The position numbers and the translations under genes are program-made. From an uncultured Verrucomicrobiae bacterium (GTDB lineage: Bacteria > Verrucomicrobiota > Verrucomicrobiia > Limisphaerales > JAFGQR01), in the NCBI GenBank assembly GCA_963788655.1, contig CAWBHS010000081.1, positions 1 through 64,000 on the forward strand: a stretch of 64,000 nt of DNA, given 5' to 3'. Of this stretch, positions 40,501 through 49,667 are shown piece by piece (within the stretch, counting starts at the first letter, position 1; the number at the start of each line of letters is the position of its first letter). A model generated the notes under the pieces. It ran no database searches and was not told the DNA's origin. It worked only from the letters and a program-made list of their open reading frames with translations.

Positions 40501-40739
40501 CACTTGTCCGATAGGACAGGGCGAATATCGCGATTGAACTGGATGGTTTCGGGCAGGGGGGCCTCCGCGGCCGTTGCCCGGACGCCCAGACCGGCCAGGG
40601 TGAGGATGCCGACAATCAAAGAACGGCGCAGCCAGAGCCGCCGGATTTGTCGTAGAACTGCTGCCACCCGGCAATGGAGTTGGGTTTGCTGGTCCAGAAA
40701 ACGCATTGTAAAAACTGGAAATTTGGTTGTGTTGCGCAC
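37560..40739 (-). CDS. Planctomycete cytochrome c / DUF1549 / DUF1553 (PSD1) domain protein
   Basis: [63 protein letters not shown] and TPQQAL.LLN. Start uncertain. Confidence 0.93.
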   Translation of the reverse strand: [1059 protein letters not shown]

Positions 40740-40981
40740 CGGTCATTACCTTAGACCAACTTTTTGCATACATTCAAGCCGCTTTTTGGAGCACTCAACG
40801 AGTCCGGGTCCCGTGGCAAACCGCCCGAGCCGCGGGTGCAATCTGCAAGCGACCTTGATGGCAAACCGTTCCCGAGGGCTCTCCCGGCCCAAAGCGCGCT
40901 CGCCCGATGCGCTTCAGGGTCAAGCAGCTTCAGGGAAACGGAGAGCGGTGACGAGGGAGCGTTCCCGCTCATCTCCTGCGC

Positions 40982-40997
40982 TGGTACGGTTCTGGCT
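40982..40997 (+). promoter_or_regulatory. Putative sigma54 (-24/-12) promoter for the DUF892 gene
   Basis: TGGTAC-GGTTC-TGGCT (GG-N10-GC) about 100 nt upstream of ATG 41098. Confidence 0.5.
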
Positions 40998-41097
40998 AAA
41001 ATGAAGACAATGGTGACCGGCCGTGCCGGTCCCAAATATAACGACGAATCGTGATTTAACCGGAAATGCTAAAACGACAACCGTAGAGGAGACCATT

Positions 41098-41580
41098 ATG
41101 AAAGATCTGAAAAAACTATTTACGACGGAACTGGCGGACATGTATGACGCCGAAAAGCAATTGGTGACGACCCTGCCGAAACTGGCCAAGGCGGCCAAGG
41201 CCGATGGACTGCGCCACGCTTTCGAGGAGCACCTGGAAGAAACCAAACAGCACGTAGCGCGCTTGGAGTCCGTGTTCTCCCTGTTCGACACTCCGGCCAA
41301 AGCCAAGAAGTGCCCGGCCATGCGTGGCATCGTGGACGAAGGCGAGGAGATCGTGAAGGAGTTCAAATCCACTTCCGCTCTGGACGCGGCGCTCATCGGC
41401 GCGGCCCAGAAATCGGAGCATTACGAAATGGCCTCGTACGGATGCCTCGTTGCGTGGGCGGAGGAATTGGGCAACGATCAAGCCGCCGGGCTGTTGAAGG
41501 AAACGCTCGCGGAGGAAAAGGCGGCTGACGAAAAACTGACCCGATTGGCCGAGCAGCAGATGAACGCGATGGCGGTGTAG
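41098..41580 (+). CDS. DUF892 (YciE/YciF) ferritin-like protein
   Basis: DMYDAEKQ, HLEETKQH, CPAMRGI, AQKSEHYEMASYG and TLAEEKAADEKL; GAGGAG RBS. Confidence 0.93.
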   Translation: MKDLKKLFTTELADMYDAEKQLVTTLPKLAKAAKADGLRHAFEEHLEETKQHVARLESVFSLFDTPAKAKKCPAMRGIVDEGEEIVKEFKSTSALDAALIGAAQKSEHYEMASYGCLVAWAEELGNDQAAGLLKETLAEEKAADEKLTRLAEQQMNAMAV

Positions 41581-41680
41581 GACGGGATGGGCCCGCCCCG
41601 GGAAGGGTGCCTTTCTGCGGTCCCCGGCGCCGTTGGCAACCCCGCCGACGCCGCGTTCGGGGACCGCGGCTTCGCTTGCA

Positions 41681-41806
41681 GTGATTCCGATTCTTCGACT
41701 GTTTGCCTTGATTGCCGACGGGGAACGCGGCGCGCTGATCGGACCCGCGGGCGACATCGCATGGATGTGGTGGGATGGCGAAGCGGTTTTCGTCTCGCTC
41801 CTCGGG
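41681..41806 (+). pseudogene. Remnant of a GH15 (trehalase/glucoamylase-like) N-terminus
   Basis: LR.FALIADGERGALIGPAGDIAWM..WDGEAVF.SLLG resembles the GH15 N-terminal motif; similarity stops after about 40 codons. Confidence 0.55.
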
Positions 41807-42002
41807 GCAACCTTCCCCAAGCCTTCGTGCATGCGCTTTTGCTGGAGTGCGCCGCGCAGGTGGGTCGCGAACTCTCCGAAGGCGACTGAAGCCGAAACGC
41901 CGGACTTTCTCTGGCACACCGAAAGTGACAACCTTGCGGTCGCCGGCGGCATTTCGCCGCGTCAATCCGCCGCGTTCTGGGGAACGCCGTGCTCTGCCTG
42001 AA

Positions 42003-43109
42003 TCATTTCCGGGAAGGCTGATTCTCGCCGGAGACCTCGAGCGGCTGTTCGCGCCGGACCTGCCGCGGCGGTTTATCGGCGCGCAAACCCAGGAACACGG
42101 GCTGGCGCAAATTGCCATCGCGCGTCCACTCGTAGAACTTCACCATGCACACCAGCTCGGGTTGGAGCCAGGTGCAGCGGCGCATCTCCGTCGCCGTAAG
42201 TCCGCCGCCCCAACGATTGTGGCGGGTGGCGGGCAGGTTCGCAAAGGGACAATGCGGCGTCCGGTATTCTTGCAGGCGTTGGTAAAGCGAACGCAAGGTC
42301 GCGGTGTCGAAACCGGTGCCGACGGCCGCGGCGAACCGCAGTTGCCGCTGGGCGTAATAACCGACCAGGACGGCTCCAAAATGTTTCCGCGTGCCCCGCG
42401 GTTCGGTGTAGCCGCCGATGACGAATTCCTGCTGCTGTTGCGCCTTGATTTTCCGCCAGGCGCCACTGCGGCGGCCGGAATCGTAATGGCTGTCCTTGCG
42501 CTTGGCCACGAGACCTTCAAGGCCCAAACGCTGGACTTCCGCCCAGATCCGAGCCGGTTCCCCCTCCAGGACCGGCGAGCGGCGCAGGGGCGCCCGCGGG
42601 TGCGGCAGGATTTCTTCGAGCAACTTCCGGCGAGTGCCCAGGGACCGCTTCGTCACATCATCGCCGGCCGCGTGAAGGACATCGAACACCACGTAGAATA
42701 TGGGCAGAGCGTCCGGGCGGCGTTTGCGGTTCTGGAGCAATTGAAAAGACGAACGGCCCTCCGCATCAAGCGCCATGATTTCCCCGTCCAGAACCAGGTC
42801 CGCTACCGGCAGGTGCCGCAGCGCCTCGACAATGCGGGGGTATTCCGCCGTGATGTCCCGAGGCGTGCGTGAAAAAAGTTGCACCTTGCGCGCGTGCTTG
42901 ACCGCAATGGCGCGAATCCCATCGAGCTTGACCTCGTACGACCAGTCTGGGCCGGCGGGCAGCTTCTCGGTCAACTGCGCCAACATCGGCGCGACGAAAT
43001 GCGGCGGCAAATTGGACATGATTGCGTCAACGGGGCGTGGTTCGACCGATTCGATACGACCGGGGAGCGGCGTCCGCCGCGGTTGGCGGATAGCCAGCCC
43101 CTGGTTCAA
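42003..43109 (-). CDS. ligD: NHEJ ATP-dependent DNA ligase (LigD ligase domain only)
   Basis: PMLA, EVKLDGIR (KxDG), LDGEI, FDVL, EGLVAK, WRKIK, VGTGF and LRQPVFLGLRADK. No polymerase or phosphoesterase domain. Start may be ATG 43019. Confidence 0.9.
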   Translation of the reverse strand: MNQGLAIRQPRRTPLPGRIESVEPRPVDAIMSNLPPHFVAPMLAQLTEKLPAGPDWSYEVKLDGIRAIAVKHARKVQLFSRTPRDITAEYPRIVEALRHLPVADLVLDGEIMALDAEGRSSFQLLQNRKRRPDALPIFYVVFDVLHAAGDDVTKRSLGTRRKLLEEILPHPRAPLRRSPVLEGEPARIWAEVQRLGLEGLVAKRKDSHYDSGRRSGAWRKIKAQQQQEFVIGGYTEPRGTRKHFGAVLVGYYAQRQLRFAAAVGTGFDTATLRSLYQRLQEYRTPHCPFANLPATRHNRWGGGLTATEMRRCTWLQPELVCMVKFYEWTRDGNLRQPVFLGLRADKPPRQVRREQPLEVSGENQPSRK

Positions 43110-43134
43110 AGGTCGGTCCTGCGGAGTTTTCGGG

Positions 43135-43995
43135 TCAGGCGGCTTTGCGACTTTTGGACTTTCGGCCCTTGCTCGCGCGCTTCGCCGTGCTTTTGCTTTT
43201 GCTCTTGCTTTTGCTCTTGCCGCCGCTCACTTGGCTGAGGCTCTGGCGCAGCACATCCGTCAGGTCGATCACCTTGCCCGCGGTCCGCGTTTTTTTCACC
43301 TTGGGCAATCCCGCTTCACCGTTCTCGATTTTGGTTTCGATAAGTTCCATCAAGGCGGACTTGTATTCATCGGTGTATTGGCTGGCATCCCAAGCAGTGG
43401 TCATCTTGTTGATCAGTTCACGGGCCATCTCCATTTCGCCTTTGCGGACCTCGGCTTTCTCCGGCAGGTGCAGTTCGGAGGGCTCGATCAATTCGTTGCT
43501 GAAGTGCATCAACTCGAGCATCAGGCTGCCATCGTTGGGTTTGACGGCCGCGAGGTGCTGGCGGGTTTTGATGACCACTTTGGCGATGCCCACCTTGCCG
43601 CTGGCGGCCAGGGCCTCCCGCAACAAGGCGTAGGCGCGCTGGCCGCCCTTCTGCGGTTCCATGTAGTACGGTTTTTGAAAATGGATGGGATTGATGTCGT
43701 CCAGCTCGACAAAGTCCATGATGTCCACGGTCTGCGTGGCCTCGACGTCCACCCGTTTGAAGTCCTCATCCTTGATGACGATGAACTTGCCTTTTTCGTA
43801 TTCGTAGCCTTTGACGATCTCTTCCCACGGCACCTCCTTGCCATCGGCTTCGGCCACGCGCTTGTAATTCACGGGGCTCAGGTCCCGGGCCCGCAGCAGG
43901 CGAAATTTCAATTCCTCCTGCCGCGTCGCCGGGTAGAGGGCGATGGGAATGCTGATGAGGCCGAAGCTAATGGAGCCTTTCCAAAGCGAACGCAT
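43135..43995 (-). CDS. ku: NHEJ Ku protein
   Basis: MRSLWKGSISFGLISIP, IVKGYEY, YALLREAL and VIDL.DVLRQSL; Lys/Ser-rich tail. Confidence 0.96.
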   Translation of the reverse strand: MRSLWKGSISFGLISIPIALYPATRQEELKFRLLRARDLSPVNYKRVAEADGKEVPWEEIVKGYEYEKGKFIVIKDEDFKRVDVEATQTVDIMDFVELDDINPIHFQKPYYMEPQKGGQRAYALLREALAASGKVGIAKVVIKTRQHLAAVKPNDGSLMLELMHFSNELIEPSELHLPEKAEVRKGEMEMARELINKMTTAWDASQYTDEYKSALMELIETKIENGEAGLPKVKKTRTAGKVIDLTDVLRQSLSQVSGGKSKSKSKSKSTAKRASKGRKSKSRKAA

Positions 43996-43998
43996 AAG

Positions 43999-45360
43999 TC
44001 AAAGCGGGCTGCAAAGGTCGTATTTGCGGCGTTTGCGGTACAACGTGGCCGAATCGATTCCCAGGACCTGGGCGGCTTGGGCCAGCGTGGGCGTGCGCCG
44101 CAACACCTGGCGAATATGTTCGTTCTCCACTTCCTGCAACCGGTAATTGCCCCCCACCTGGACCGCCGGATGCGCGCCGGAATTTACGGCGGTGGTCAAC
44201 TCGTCGGGCAGTTCGGCCAAGTCGATGCGCGCGCCCTGGGCCAGGATGACGGCACGCTCGATCACGTTGCGCAGTTCCCGGAAATTGCCCGGCCAGTGGT
44301 AGCGTTGGAACAAATCTTCGACCTCGGGCGTAACGCCGGTCACGGACTTGCCGCATTGGGCCGCGAAGAAGGTGACGTAGCGGGCGGCGATCGGCAGGAG
44401 GTCCTGGCGACGTTCCCGCAAGGCGGGCAGGTCCAGGGGCATGACGTTCACGCGGTAATACAAGTCTTCACGAAAGCGGCCGGCATCGACGGCGGCTTTG
44501 AGGTCGCGGTTCGTGGCGGCAATGATCCGCACGTTGGCCCGCCGCGACTTGGGCTCGCCAATCCGTTCGTACTCGCGCTCCTGGAGCAACCGCAACAGTT
44601 TCGGCTGGATTTCCAACGGCAGCTCACCGATTTCATCCAGGAACAAGGTGCCTTCGTGGGCGGCAGCCACCTTGCCCCACGTGTCGCCGATGGCGCCGGT
44701 GAACGATCCCTTGGTGTGGCCAAACAATTCGCTTTCGAGCAGTTCGCGAGAGAGGCTGGGGCAAGCCACCGTGACGAACGGGCCTTCGCGTTGGGCGCTG
44801 TGTTCGTGGAGAAACCGGGCCAGCAGGTTCTTCCCCGTGCCGCTTTCCCCCAGCAACAAGACCGTCACCGGCAGGGCGGCCGCCTTGAGGGCGGTTTCCA
44901 GCACTTTTTGCACGCCCGGTTCGCGGGTGGTGAAGTCGGCTCCGGGCGAGGGGGCCGGATCGCCCGCGATCCCTTCGCCAAAGCCAGCGGTCCCGCTGCG
45001 GGGTTTGCTCATCCGGCTGAGGACTTGCCGCAGTTGTTCGTGCGTGAAGGGTTTGGCCAGGTAGCCCTTCGCACCGGACCGCAGGGCTTCACCGGCGGCT
45101 TCGGCAGGCGCCGGTGCGGCCATGATCACCACGTCGAGGCCCGGATGGCGCTTCTGGATCGTCCGCATCAACTCGAGGCCCCCCTTGCCGTTGACCTTGA
45201 GATCCACCAACGCCAGATCGAATCGTCGGGCCTCGAGTTGACGAAAGGCGCTGTCCACGTCACCCACGGTCACGGTTTCGTAACCCATCTGTTCCACCAG
45301 CGTGGAAGCGGCCCGCCGGGTGTCGTCTCCTTCATCGATAATCAAGGTGCGCATGGTCAT
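43999..45360 (-). CDS. Sigma54-dependent response regulator (NtrC/AtoC family)
   Basis: Receiver domain (ALVDL, YLAKPF), [37 protein letters not shown] and a Fis-type HTH. Confidence 0.94.
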   Translation of the reverse strand: MTMRTLIIDEGDDTRRAASTLVEQMGYETVTVGDVDSAFRQLEARRFDLALVDLKVNGKGGLELMRTIQKRHPGLDVVIMAAPAPAEAAGEALRSGAKGYLAKPFTHEQLRQVLSRMSKPRSGTAGFGEGIAGDPAPSPGADFTTREPGVQKVLETALKAAALPVTVLLLGESGTGKNLLARFLHEHSAQREGPFVTVACPSLSRELLESELFGHTKGSFTGAIGDTWGKVAAAHEGTLFLDEIGELPLEIQPKLLRLLQEREYERIGEPKSRRANVRIIAATNRDLKAAVDAGRFREDLYYRVNVMPLDLPALRERRQDLLPIAARYVTFFAAQCGKSVTGVTPEVEDLFQRYHWPGNFRELRNVIERAVILAQGARIDLAELPDELTTAVNSGAHPAVQVGGNYRLQEVENEHIRQVLRRTPTLAQAAQVLGIDSATLYRKRRKYDLCSPL

Positions 45361-45400
45361 CTATTCACCAAAATCAATTCCATTGGGGGCGCTCAACCGC

Positions 45401-45420
45401 AATCAGCAAGAAAGCTGATT
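45401..45420. promoter_or_regulatory. Palindromic putative operator upstream of the sigma54 regulator
   Basis: AATCAGC-AAGAAA-GCTGATT perfect inverted repeat 40 nt before the start codon. Confidence 0.35.
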
Positions 45421-45507
45421 CTCCGTAAAGGAAAGCCTTACCGACCGGCGCCGGCTGGCCGCCGACACACGGTTCTGGATGGGGATGACCGTTGGAAGGG
45501 GTGGGGA

Positions 45508-45855
45508 TTACGGCCGGGACTGCTTCTCGATCCAGCTCCAAAGTTCAGGAGTGGCGTAAGCGGCGGACCAGGAATTGTGGCCGACGAATTCCAGCGTGGT
45601 GAACCGAATCCGCGTGCCGCCCGCGGCCTTGATCGCGTCCACCATTTCGACCGAGCGCGCAAAGGGAACCACTGGGTCGGCGGTGCCGTGGAAGACCCAG
45701 ATCGGCAGCGTCTTGAGCCGTTCGGCGTCCTCGGGCCTGCCCCGCAAATGGGAACGACGGCGGCAAACCGTTCGGGATGATCGGCCATCGGCCGCTAATG
45801 GCCAGGAGCCGAAGCCGCCCATGCTCAGCCCGGTCAGAATGGCTACTCGTTGTTT
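45508..45855 (-). pseudogene. C-terminal fragment of an alpha/beta-hydrolase (carboxylesterase/phospholipase type)
   Basis: TGLSMGGFG (GxSxG), PERFAAVVPICG (other frame), IWVFHG.ADPVVP and GHNSW. N-terminus absent; a family A repeat lies just upstream. Confidence 0.75.
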
Positions 45856-45910
45856 ACGATTAACTTCCAATCCGGAAGGGTGCGCAGTTATTCGCCGGCT
45901 TTGCCGAACC

Positions 45911-46061
45911 TCGCGCCAGCGTTTGGAGTGCGTGGAGCTTGCTGCCGCTTTCGATAAACGCAGCGTCGCCACGACGTAGAAGGCAGCGCGCACAAAGGTT
46001 TGGTCTCCGTTCCCCCAATCGAAAGCGCCGGCAAGCCGGACGCACTCCAAACGCTGCGCGA
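45911..46061. repeat. REP-like element family A
   Basis: Homologous to 2013..2160 and 9419..9566. Confidence 0.85.
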
Positions 46062-46134
46062 TCTTGCACGCCGCCGGCAAATCGATACTGCCCCGGGTTC
46101 GGCGGGTGAAACCTCCGGGCGACGCTCAAAAAAG

Positions 46135-46809
46135 TCAGCGCATCCGCACTTCGGATCCTGCAACGATTGGCGCAAGCTTTGACGAAAACGTCTCCAAGTG
46201 CTCAACCATCGCCGCCGGTCTGGTTTCCACGCCGACGTTGACCGTGATCAATCGGGCACCACGTTGCCGGTAATGCTCCGCCAAGGGACGCGTCCGTTCC
46301 GCGAAGATGGCCAATTTTTGTGCCACCAGCATTTCATCGTCGTCCGTGCGCTGCGCCCGGTCACCACCGCTGTCGAGCCGCAACCGTTCGCGCACGGTAG
46401 GCGCGTCGCACTCGAGTTGCACCACCGCCATAATCTTCAGCCGGTGATCAAGCTTTTCGGACTGGCCGACGTGGCGTGGCAGCCCATTCAACAACAGCAG
46501 GTGACTTGGCTGCACGTTCCGCCGGGCAATGAACTGCTCCAAAATGCGTTCGGCGAGATAGAAGGAGGCGTCCTCCAACAAGGCCCCTTTTTCCAACACA
46601 TCGTTGAGGAACTGGATCTCGCCGGCGTTAAACACCTGGCTGGCTCCGCCCATGGCAACTGCCCGCAGGTTCGCGCCGAAATCAAAGTGATGACAGCGCC
46701 GTTTCCACAGACTGTGTTGTTCCAGCCATTCGCCCACGGGCGTTTTGCCGGAGCCCGTCGGCCCCAGCAACAAGACGGCCGCGAAGGGCATTGCTTGACC
46801 AGTTTTCAT
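46135..46809 (-). CDS. Adenylate-kinase-like P-loop kinase
   Basis: LLGPTGSGKT, HFDFGANLR, LLNGLPRHVGQ, RTDD and T.PL.EHY correspond to degenerate ADK motifs. Confidence 0.75.
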   Translation of the reverse strand: MKTGQAMPFAAVLLLGPTGSGKTPVGEWLEQHSLWKRRCHHFDFGANLRAVAMGGASQVFNAGEIQFLNDVLEKGALLEDASFYLAERILEQFIARRNVQPSHLLLLNGLPRHVGQSEKLDHRLKIMAVVQLECDAPTVRERLRLDSGGDRAQRTDDDEMLVAQKLAIFAERTRPLAEHYRQRGARLITVNVGVETRPAAMVEHLETFSSKLAPIVAGSEVRMR

Positions 46810-46852
46810 TGCGCCTCATTATGCCGGCAAGGCCCGCCACGAAAAGCAAACA

Positions 46853-48151
46853 ATGGCAGGGTGGCAACGGGACTCCGTCATCCAGCCCCGCGTGGCGAAG
46901 AACGAGCTGCCTTGCCGGGGAACGATGCCTTTGCCTATGCTGTTGCCCGAATTCAGCAACGACGATATTGGCAACCTGCGGCTCACGATGACGACAAAAA
47001 CAATCAGTTTCATTTTGCTTTTTATCATGCAATTGACCCGGCTATTCGGCGCTTTGGAGTTGGAGCACCTCGAGCAGGAAGATACCGCCTTCCATCGCGA
47101 ATTGGCCCGCAAGATCAATGCCCGGCTCGAAGCGAATCCCGACGCGCTCAAAACCTGCCTGGAACGGCTACGCTACCTGGTGCTCTCGGACCGGGTGGGC
47201 TTTTATTTCGATGTCACCACCGATCGCGAGGCCGGACGGGTGGTGCTGCGCGGCGACACCGAACGGCGCGAGTTCAAGACCATCACCCGCGAAGTGTTCA
47301 AGCAACTGGGCTTCACCTCAGTCGTGGACCGTATCGAAATCGTGCCGAATTTAAAGACGGATCCCAACCCGTTCGGCGTCGCCGTGCTTCCGCATGTATT
47401 GACTTGGTCCGAGCCGAGTCTTGAAGGCATTCCCATGGACGAAGCCCTGTTCGGCGAACCCGTTTATGTTTTGAAGGAATTGCCGCACGCCATGTTGATC
47501 AAAACCATCACCGGCTATTGGGGCTATGCCGCCAAGGATGGGATTCAACGGTTGGACCGCAAGCAGTTCGTCCAGTTGTTGAACGCGCCGAAGGCCACGC
47601 TGCTCCAGGATTACGAGGCCAACGGATCACGCTTGCCCAGCGGCTGTCGGTTGGTCATCAACGACTGGGCAACCGGCAAGGATTGTGTCTTGCAAGGCCC
47701 CGACGGCAAAACGCGCACCGTGCCCCAAGCCATTTGCGAGCAATCACACCGCGACGCAGAAATAGCCCGCCTCATCGCCTACGCGCGCACTTTCCTGCAC
47801 GCACCGTACAACCTGGGCGGCAAGAATCGTGAAACCGGTATCGACTGCTCCGGTCTGGTGCAACTCAGCTACCGCATCCTCGGCGTCAATCTGCCCCGCG
47901 ACGCCAAGCAACAATACCTCGGCGGCCATTTAATTTTGCCGTGCGTCAAGGAAGCTTTGCTCCCCGGCGATGCGTTGTTTTTTATGAATGAGAGCGGCCA
48001 AGTGGATCACGTGGGGATTTACCTGGGCCACCACCAACTCATCCATGCGACGGGCAACCAAGTGAAAATCCAGAGTCTGGATCCGAAAGCCCCGGACTAT
48101 CTCAAACGCTTCACCCACGATTTCATCGGCGCCAAACGGTTTTGGTGGTGA
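46853..48151 (+). CDS. NlpC/P60 (C40) peptidase with SH3-like and BON-like N-terminal domains
   Basis: PYNLGG, GIDCSGLV, LPRDAKQQ, PGDALFF and HVGIY..HA. True start is probably ATG 46988 (signal-like MTTKTISFILL). Confidence 0.85.
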   Translation: MAGWQRDSVIQPRVAKNELPCRGTMPLPMLLPEFSNDDIGNLRLTMTTKTISFILLFIMQLTRLFGALELEHLEQEDTAFHRELARKINARLEANPDALKTCLERLRYLVLSDRVGFYFDVTTDREAGRVVLRGDTERREFKTITREVFKQLGFTSVVDRIEIVPNLKTDPNPFGVAVLPHVLTWSEPSLEGIPMDEALFGEPVYVLKELPHAMLIKTITGYWGYAAKDGIQRLDRKQFVQLLNAPKATLLQDYEANGSRLPSGCRLVINDWATGKDCVLQGPDGKTRTVPQAICEQSHRDAEIARLIAYARTFLHAPYNLGGKNRETGIDCSGLVQLSYRILGVNLPRDAKQQYLGGHLILPCVKEALLPGDALFFMNESGQVDHVGIYLGHHQLIHATGNQVKIQSLDPKAPDYLKRFTHDFIGAKRFWW

Positions 48152-48248
48152 GGCGGGACCAAAGGGCGTTAGCTTGGGGTTCTGGGCTCAAGTAATACGC
48201 CGTTCCATTGCGCTTGTCCGCGGCAGAAAATAATCCAGTTTTCTTCTT

Positions 48249-48515
48249 ATAAACACGCATTCATCCTCAACCAAAGTCCCTCGCCGCACTGTGCTCAAGA
48301 CTGGCTTCCTGGCCATGGCCGGTTTGGGATTGTATCAAGGGGGCGTCAGCAACGCCCGGATGCAGAGCGGGCGTTCGTCGCCATCAATGGGCTGGCGCGA
48401 AAAGTTCTTTGGGTGCATTGCCGGGTGCCATGTCGGCTCCGCCATGGGCACCGCAGTCGAAGGCTGGCCCTACGAACCCATCGAGCAAGTTTACGGAGTG
48501 CGGCCTGGTCGGTGA
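48249..48515 (+). pseudogene. N-terminal remnant of a Tat-exported ADP-ribosylglycohydrolase-family protein
   Basis: PRRTVLK Tat-like signal, then EKFFGCIAGCHVGSAMG.AVEGW...IEQ.YG. Start codon appears as ATA; truncated at the end of the convergent gene. Confidence 0.65.
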
Positions 48516-48520
48516 CCCGG

Positions 48521-49489
48521 TTATTTTTCAACCAGCCAAATATTGCGATAGAAGACCGGATTGCCGTGGCCCTGTAATTGGATTGGTCCGGCAGAAGGCC
48601 CTTCCTTTTGGCCGCCACCGGTCGAGTTTCTAAGTTCCAACTTATCTTGGACCACCACGCCGTTTTGCTTCACGGTGACTACGGCGTTCTTGATCTTTTT
48701 GCCGTTAGCATCAAACCGCGCCGCTTGAAAGTCCACGTCGTAGGTCTGCCAAGTCAACGGCGGAAAGCACATGTTCACCCGCGGTTTGGCCAGGCTGTAA
48801 AACCCCCCGCATTCATTGTCCTGACCTTTAAGGCCGAAGGAATCAAGCACCTGGATTTCGTAACGATCCTGCAAATAGACGCCGCTGTTCCCGCGTTCCT
48901 GCCCGCGGGCCAGGGGCTTGAACGGCAGCAGAAATTCCAGGTGCAGCGTAAAATCTTGAAAAGCGCGTTTGCTCTTGGTGCCAGCCCTCAGGAAATGCCG
49001 GTCATCCAGATGGCCGCTGCGCCATTCGTCGGTGTTCGTGCCGTCAAACAGAACGATGGCCCCCGCCGGCGGCGCGGCCCCCAGCGTCGGGCTCTTGCGT
49101 TCGGTCTTCTTCATCGTGTAGGTGTCGCCGTTGGGAGTGACGGTCGTCAATTCTCCCTGCGCCAGAGTGTGTTTGAAACCGTTCGGGGCGGCGTCGAAAA
49201 CGATCCGGTTCCCCTCCCGTTTCCCTTCGATTTCCGTCTTGGCGGAACCGTCCCAACCGGCGCCGGGCAGGCCGCCCGGGTAGATCACGGCGCGAAACCG
49301 GTCTTGGCCCAAGGCGATCACCTGGGCGCCACCCCAGTCATTGACATACTCGCCCTGATCGCGGTAATCGGGGCCAGCTTCAGCCGGGGTTAGATAGGCG
49401 GGAGCTTTCGGTTTGGCCGGTTCAGCGGCCACTGCTTGCAGCGCGACGCCCGCGCAAATGCAGAACCAAAGGTGGGAAGACAATTTCAT
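48521..49489 (-). CDS. DUF1080 (3-keto-disaccharide hydrolase-like) secreted protein
   Basis: Signal peptide, AIVLFDG, GNSGVYLQ.RYEIQVLDS, WQTYD and LQGHGNPV.YRNIW. Confidence 0.92.
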   Translation of the reverse strand: MKLSSHLWFCICAGVALQAVAAEPAKPKAPAYLTPAEAGPDYRDQGEYVNDWGGAQVIALGQDRFRAVIYPGGLPGAGWDGSAKTEIEGKREGNRIVFDAAPNGFKHTLAQGELTTVTPNGDTYTMKKTERKSPTLGAAPPAGAIVLFDGTNTDEWRSGHLDDRHFLRAGTKSKRAFQDFTLHLEFLLPFKPLARGQERGNSGVYLQDRYEIQVLDSFGLKGQDNECGGFYSLAKPRVNMCFPPLTWQTYDVDFQAARFDANGKKIKNAVVTVKQNGVVVQDKLELRNSTGGGQKEGPSAGPIQLQGHGNPVFYRNIWLVEK

Positions 49490-49667
49490 AATGTCGCTCA
49501 AAATACAGTCAGGCTGCCACCGGTTCGGTGACGGCCGGGGTTGATATACGTTAACGATTCAATGGACGCTTTTGGACGGTCCGTATTCAGTCCGAGAGCC
49601 ATGTCTCACGCCTGCACGCGGCATTGTTCCACTTGGTTTCAGGGTAAGTTAAAGCTAGATTGACCTT

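Noticed and set aside
43185..43225. TTTTGC/TCTTGC hexamer repeats
   Set aside because: They simply encode the KSKSKS tail of Ku.
42775..45780. 1001-aa plus-strand ORF
   Set aside because: Antisense shadow of ku and the sigma54 regulator, caused by high-GC codon bias.
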